Of a stretch of 64,000 nucleotides of DNA, positions 58,995 to 64,000 are shown piece after piece. This DNA is from an uncultured Gammaproteobacteria bacterium (GTDB taxonomy: Bacteria; Patescibacteriota; Patescibacteriia; JAHIZJ01), in NCBI GenBank assembly GCA_964371245.1, contig CAYJKP010000002.1, positions 257,469-321,468 of the forward strand, read 5' to 3'. A program made the translations under genes and the position numbers. The notes below the pieces were generated by a model. That model made no database searches and was not told where the DNA came from. It saw only the letters and a list, made by a program, of their open reading frames with translations. Positions within the stretch are counted from its first letter, which is position 1. Each line of letters starts with the position of its first letter.

Positions 58995-59630
58995 TCAAGA
59001 GATAGCCAGCTGCGCCCGGAAGTACTGAATCGGGTTGTCTCCGTAGAGCATCCGATAGTACCGGCCCTCCAGCTTGACGTGAGTCGTCAGCTGGTTGGCT
59101 AAGTGCACGCCCCAGCGATCCGTCATGTCCACTTTGTTGAAATGAACCCCGACAGTGTACTCGCCGGTTCTGTCCTTCGCCTTCGAATCGGCCGGACCGT
59201 TGAACTTCAGGTCGGCGGTATGATACCAGAATTTGGTCCGGTGATTGCCGACCGCCGAAAAGCGCTTGAAGTCCAGGGTTAGATACACCGGTCCTGCCTT
59301 GGTCCCGGCAACGAGAGCCAACGACAGGGCATCGTGTTTCTCGTACCAGCCGCCGAGGTAACTTACGGCCGGCTGAACCCAGCAGTCATGCGGCAGCGGC
59401 TGCTTGATCCCGACGGTGGCGAAGTAAACCTCGCCGCCAGTACTCGGGATCTTCAGGTATTCACCGACGAACATCACCGTCGCGCCGCTCGCAGCGATCG
59501 GCTTGCTGCCGATCGCCACAACCTGGAGCTGGGTGCCGGTGTTGACGCACTCATCCGCGAGCGCGTATTCGGCGATAACGGCCAATAGCGCCACCGCCAC
59601 GACCAGCATCAGGGCTCTTTGAAATGTCAT
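58995..59630 (-). CDS. hypothetical secreted protein with cleavable signal peptide
   Basis: Start at MTFQRALMLVVAVALLAVIAEYALA with RBS GGAGGAAG; alternating amphipathic beta-like segments. Confidence 0.45.
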   Translation of the reverse strand: MTFQRALMLVVAVALLAVIAEYALADECVNTGTQLQVVAIGSKPIAASGATVMFVGEYLKIPSTGGEVYFATVGIKQPLPHDCWVQPAVSYLGGWYEKHDALSLALVAGTKAGPVYLTLDFKRFSAVGNHRTKFWYHTADLKFNGPADSKAKDRTGEYTVGVHFNKVDMTDRWGVHLANQLTTHVKLEGRYYRMLYGDNPIQYFRAQLAIS

Positions 59631-59784
59631 TGTTCTTCCTCCGTGCCTACGTATCGGCCTCAACTAGCAACGCACCACTCTGGCGCGAGCGTTTAGAACC
59701 GATCTCTGTCATGTCATGACCAGAGACATCGAAACTCCGGGAGAGAGTACGGAGCCTCGATGCCGCCGACCATAATGGAGAATA

Positions 59785-59890
59785 ATTCACAATTCAAAAT
59801 TCAGAATTAATAATTATTGTATCCGCCGTTGGCGGATTTCTTTAATTATTCCTTCTGGATTATGAATTCTGAATTACTATTTTATCCACT
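59785..59890. repeat. MITE-like palindromic intergenic repeat (family member 1)
   Basis: aattcagaattaataattattg + perfect hairpin atccgccgttggcggat + ...attatgaattctgaatt terminal inverted repeats. Confidence 0.7.
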
Positions 59891-60045
59891 TCTGTGCTTA
59901 CAAGGTTTCCCTTCCAAGCGCGGAAGTGGTGGAGACGGACAGGACGTCTCCGAAGATGTGCGAAATGTGCGTTGGTGCTCTCACGCCTGTCTACCTCGCC
60001 GGATGGCGGGTCTTCCGTTGTTCACGGAACGTGAGAGTGTGCTCA

Positions 60046-60861
60046 TCAGCTATCGAGCAGCTTCAGGTCGGACTTGGTCAGGCCGACCATGGCAGTGGCG
60101 ATGCGGTATTCACGGCAGGCGTTGTGCGCCTCCCAGAGTTCCCAGCGACGGTCGTCGCCGCGGAGCGTGTGGGCGTAGATGACCTTCTCGGTCACGTCCT
60201 GGATCAGAGCCTGCCGGAGATCAGCCGCCGTCCAGCCGATGTCGGTCGGCGTGGCATTGACATTCTCCAGCGCCCGCTGGACTTCATACATCAGGCGACC
60301 GCAGTCGTCCAGCTCCCAGGACCCTTCGCCCTGTCCGAACGTTACCGTCCGGCGGATGTTGAGCGGTTCATCGAAGAGACGTGTCAGTTCCCGAGCCGTG
60401 CGTAGCCCTTCCTCGCGGAAGCGGGCCAGCGTGGTCTTCCGGTCGAGGCAGACCTCTTCCCAGCTTGCCTTCGGCCAGATGATGTCAGGGCTGTCCAGCA
60501 CCGACACCGCGAACTCCATGCTGTGGAAGCGACTGCATTGGTCGTTGAGGTTGGAGTACCAGCCACCGTCGCTGACCAGCTGCTGGCTCCAGTTGAGCGA
60601 CGGCACCAGGCTCTGGCGGACGCGCTCCACATCCTCGACGTGGTTCTTCCAGTCGTACTGCTCGTTCTCGAACTTCTTCTTGGCCTGCGCGAGCGCGGTC
60701 TTGGCCGAATCGAGGCTGGCCTGCTGGTGCTGCAACTCGGCGTTCCAGCTCGTCAACTCAGCCTTCTGCGTGTTGACGTTGTGGAGACCGACGAGCGTGA
60801 TGACCAGAAACACTGCCCAGACCATCCCGATTGCCCCGACGACACCGATCCGCTTCCTCAT
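60046..60861 (-). CDS. hypothetical membrane-anchored coiled-coil protein
   Basis: Start trimmed to MRKRIGVVGAIGM with RBS AAGGAGGA; one TM then a coiled-coil region. Confidence 0.45.
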   Translation of the reverse strand: MRKRIGVVGAIGMVWAVFLVITLVGLHNVNTQKAELTSWNAELQHQQASLDSAKTALAQAKKKFENEQYDWKNHVEDVERVRQSLVPSLNWSQQLVSDGGWYSNLNDQCSRFHSMEFAVSVLDSPDIIWPKASWEEVCLDRKTTLARFREEGLRTARELTRLFDEPLNIRRTVTFGQGEGSWELDDCGRLMYEVQRALENVNATPTDIGWTAADLRQALIQDVTEKVIYAHTLRGDDRRWELWEAHNACREYRIATAMVGLTKSDLKLLDS

Positions 60862-61169
60862 GACTGCGATCCTCCTTGGCATTTCTGCCGTGACGTACCC
60901 CCGTGTTTCGTATCTGAGACCCATCGTCCCGATCCTTCGATATGCTCGCTGGATCAGGACGCTCCGCTTAACCCTTATATCCATAAGAATCAAACGGAGG
61001 ATAAATTGTCAACGTTCGAGGCATACTCAGCACCGAACTGGAGGCGAGACTGACATGTTTTGAGCCGAAGCTCACATGCCCAGTCCGCTTTCCTGAAGCC
61101 GCGAGGGTTAGCCCGGGAGAATCAGGTCGACGGACCGTTCTCTACTCCCCTCCATGTCGGTGTGGAGAA

Positions 61170-61290
61170 CAATGAATAATTCAGAATTAAAAATTAATAA
61201 TTATTGTATCCGCCGTTGGCGGATTTCCTTCATTCTTACTTCTGAGCCCCGATCACGTCGGGGATGAATTTTGAATTGTAACGTACGATA
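61170..61290. repeat. MITE-like palindromic intergenic repeat (family member 2)
   Basis: 32-nt core aataattattgtatccgccgttggcggatttc identical to 59814..59845; flanked by aattcagaatt / gaattttgaattg. Confidence 0.7.
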
Positions 61291-61982
61291 TTCCCGCCGG
61301 AGCATACCATCGACAACAGCCGCGGTACGCTCTGGCGGAAGCCCGAAGGGACAAAGCTGGAGGCGAGGTGTCCGTCTTTGAGCCGAAGCTCGACGGACCG
61401 GTTTGTTTCACTGAAGCCTCGAGGTAATCCTGTCATACGACGGGACATAGCCCGAATGAATCAGCTATCCAAACCGTTCTCTACTCCCCTCCATGTTCGT
61501 CCCCTCCGATGTATTTCCCCAAATTCCGGGGCGATAGTTCAGGCCCATATAATATGTGTGACCTCTATCAGCCCCGATATTCGGAGAAACAAAAGGGTGG
61601 CGCTTTGCTGCGATGTTCTTCAGAAGAGAGAACGCCGCAACAAACCACCACCCAAGATAATAAAAGCAGGTTTGGTTGCATTTTGCCGCTTTCTCAGGGC
61701 GGCGATTCCGCTAATATTAGCGGAAACTCTCTCCTCGCTTGCCCCAGACTTGATCTGGGGTCAATCTATATAATGTTCGCTATTTCACTGTGTAACTTGG
61801 CATAATAGCGCACTTTTTGCTTGTTGTCAAGACCTTATTGATTATATTTAGCTAATATCAGCATAAAATAATTATCTAATGTGATTTTATTGGCATTTTT
61901 GATAAACTCTACCGCAGGTGAACAATCGCTTGTTCACCTGCTATTACTCATGGTAAATTTACATAATTGAACGAATAAAACC

Positions 61983-62417
61983 ATGGCAACGGCAGGAAAA
62001 AATTTTCAGGTAGGGATAAAAGCCTTTCTCCAGAACGGTTCGCGCTTCTTAGCGTTGAAAGATGCCTATAGCGAATATTGGGACGTCCCCGGCGGCCGGA
62101 TTGAAGCGTCGGAAATCGATCAGCCCGTCTCTGAATGCTTGCGCCGTGAATTGTTGGAGGAACTCGGCTTAAATATACGCTTTGTGATTAATAATCTCTT
62201 TGACGTTTTTAAGTTTCGCGTTGCACCGACGAATGTTAGACATCCGAATATGAATCTGTTCTTAGTTTTTTATTGCTGCCGTTTTCTCGAAGGCGAGATT
62301 GTTATCAACGAGGAATCAAAGGGCTATCGCTGGCTGACAAAAGAAAACTATACTGAGTGTAGTTTCGGGGCATATCAAAAAGTAGTTGATGGTTTTGTCC
62401 AACAATGCCTGTCGTGA
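61983..62417 (+). CDS. NUDIX hydrolase
   Basis: Nudix box GGRIEASEIDQPVSECLRRELLEELGL. Confidence 0.8.
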   Translation: MATAGKNFQVGIKAFLQNGSRFLALKDAYSEYWDVPGGRIEASEIDQPVSECLRRELLEELGLNIRFVINNLFDVFKFRVAPTNVRHPNMNLFLVFYCCRFLEGEIVINEESKGYRWLTKENYTECSFGAYQKVVDGFVQQCLS

Positions 62418-62872
62418 AGAAAAACCGTGCCGCCGTCCTCATCCTCTTTAATATCCGAAGCCGGTTCAATGTCGGGGCGATGTTCCGAACAGCTGATGCA
62501 GCTGGTGTCACAAAACTTTTCCTCGGTGGCATCACACCCCGGCCGCCCCATCACAAAATTGCCAAAGTTGCCCTTGGCGCAGAAAAGTATTTGCCCTGGG
62601 AACACCACACCCAAACCGTCCGGCTCATCAAGCGTCTGAAGAATGACGGGTATACGATCGTCGCCCTTGAACAATCCCGCAAAAGCGTTCAATATAATAT
62701 GTGTCGGGTACGCGCGCCTTTCGCGCTCGTTGTCGGCAATGAAGTGAAAGGCTTGCCACCAAAAATACTGTCGCTGGCGGATTGCGTTGTTGAAATCCCG
62801 ATGCGCGGCCGCAAAGAATCTCTAAACGTTGCCGTGGCCGCCGGGATCGTGCTGTTTCACATGATACAATAA
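62405..62872 (+). CDS. SpoU/TrmH-family RNA 2'-O-methyltransferase
   Basis: SPOUT motifs (LVVGNEVKGL, EIPMRGRKESLNVAVAAGIVLF). Confidence 0.8.
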   Translation: MPVVKKNRAAVLILFNIRSRFNVGAMFRTADAAGVTKLFLGGITPRPPHHKIAKVALGAEKYLPWEHHTQTVRLIKRLKNDGYTIVALEQSRKSVQYNMCRVRAPFALVVGNEVKGLPPKILSLADCVVEIPMRGRKESLNVAVAAGIVLFHMIQ

Positions 62873-62913
62873 ACGTGGCGAGCAAACCTTTGCTCGCCTG
62901 CATAGTAACATTT

Positions 62914-63000
62914 GCCGCGGTGGTGGAACTGGTATACACGCAGGACTTAAAATCCTGTGGGGGTAACCCCATGAGAGTTCGATTCTCTCCCGCGGCACCA
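62914..63000 (+). tRNA. tRNA-Leu(TAA), long variable arm
   Basis: GCCGCGGTGGTGGAACTGGTATACACGCAGGACTTAAAATCCTG...GAGTTCGATTCTCTCCCGCGGCACCA. Confidence 0.8.
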
Positions 63001-63054
63001 ACTAAAAAACACTCGGCCATTACGGACAAGTGTTTTTTAGTATATTGAATGAGG

Positions 63055-63972
63055 CTAGACAGTTTCAGCCGACTCAGCCATGGCAATCGGGAGAACAATC
63101 TGCCGGGCGATAATATTGAGGAGAATTTGATTGTTATAATTGAAGTCCTGCATGTCTACCTTGTCGCCCAGGAGAATGGCGCCCACCACCCGGTCGCCGA
63201 TCTGCAACGGCACGCCCATCATGCCCGGACTAGAGTACGCCACACGCAAAGCCGCTTTTTTTCGGTACATCTCGCGCGTCACGATAATTTCGCGCCGGGT
63301 TTTGTACATCAGACCAAGGAGCGGGTCTTTGAATAGATCAATTTTCAGATTTTTTATCCGTTGGTCGCTCGGATACCCGCGCGCCTGGATTATCGAGACC
63401 GTTCCTTCCTTCGGCCGATAAAAAGCGAAAAGAGCGCGATTCGCCTTGATGATTTTCAGGATCGTGGTTGTAATCAGCTCGGTCAGATTATCGAGGTCGG
63501 TATAGGTCGAGGCGATTTTGCCGGTCGAGTAGATCGTGACCAGTTTGTTGTTCGCGTGATGGAGGCGTTCGGCCAAATTGGCGATGATGTTGCCATAGAC
63601 CTTGTTGGCGATTTGCGGATAGTCATCGGCCAGCCGGAGAAAATCCTTACCGAGAATTTCGATCATATCGCCGGCCTCAGTTACTTCGCTGCTGTGGTCA
63701 TGTTTGAGTTTTGGATTGGTCAGCGCGCTTTCGACGGCGAAATTGTTCTTACCAAGGATGGCTAAGGTCTGAACTTCATCGTTGAACATCCGGTAGACGT
63801 GAACCTGCCCGCTTAAAACAATGAAAAACGATTTTCGGACATCGCCTCGCTCGAACAAGACCTCGCCTTTCTTGTACTTCTTCACCGTAATAATTTTTGA
63901 CAGTGCTGCCAGTTCCGGCGTACTCAAACCGGCAAGGACGGGTATCTTTTCGAGAATTTTTGTATCAATCAT
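63055..63972 (-). CDS. cyclic-nucleotide-binding domain + GAF domain protein
   Basis: N-terminal cNMP-binding fold (GEVLFERGDVRKSFFIVLSGQV); C-terminal GAF-like region. Confidence 0.55.
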   Translation of the reverse strand: MIDTKILEKIPVLAGLSTPELAALSKIITVKKYKKGEVLFERGDVRKSFFIVLSGQVHVYRMFNDEVQTLAILGKNNFAVESALTNPKLKHDHSSEVTEAGDMIEILGKDFLRLADDYPQIANKVYGNIIANLAERLHHANNKLVTIYSTGKIASTYTDLDNLTELITTTILKIIKANRALFAFYRPKEGTVSIIQARGYPSDQRIKNLKIDLFKDPLLGLMYKTRREIIVTREMYRKKAALRVAYSSPGMMGVPLQIGDRVVGAILLGDKVDMQDFNYNNQILLNIIARQIVLPIAMAESAETV

Positions 63973-64000
63973 GAGTCGTGATGTTATCGGCTTAGGTGTT

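Overview
The window looks like a low-GC genome, probably a candidate-phyla-radiation-like bacterium. The flanks (1-6670 and 32200-64000) carry housekeeping genes: bcp, rplS, rluD-like, cca, ftsH, rpsA, nrdJ/nrdR/cobA with a cobalamin riboswitch, a group 3b NiFe hydrogenase hydBGDA cluster with hypC, and nine tRNAs. Between them sits a ~25.5 kb GC-rich island (about 6675-32187) next to tRNA-Leu(GAG), with nearly every gene on the minus strand. From the right end the island carries a lysogeny-like module (divergent XRE repressor, small acidic protein, large serine recombinase reading into the tRNA). Next comes a recombination module: two tandem wHTH proteins, two tandem RuvC-like resolvases, a RecT-like SSAP, a Cas4-like 4Fe-4S exonuclease and RadC. 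Then comes a complete type I R-M operon, hsdM-hsdS-[unknown 651 aa membrane-anchored gene]-hsdR, followed by a membrane protein coupled to a 1044 aa FtsK/HerA/T4CP-like ATPase with a possible C-terminal nuclease-like domain. After that come a second large serine recombinase fused to two C-terminal XRE HTH domains, a stand-alone OLD-family (ABC ATPase + Toprim) nuclease flanked by AGTAGGGGTG motifs, and an XRE regulator with two tandem paralogous ~140 aa proteins bracketed by 57-bp imperfect direct repeats. The strongest candidates for an undescribed system are the gene embedded in the type I R-M operon and the membrane protein plus giant ATPase pair. Other oddities are tRNA fragments beside intact tRNAs, a tRNA with a UAU anticodon, a family of MITE-like palindromic intergenic repeats, and a cluster of small membrane/secreted hypothetical proteins.
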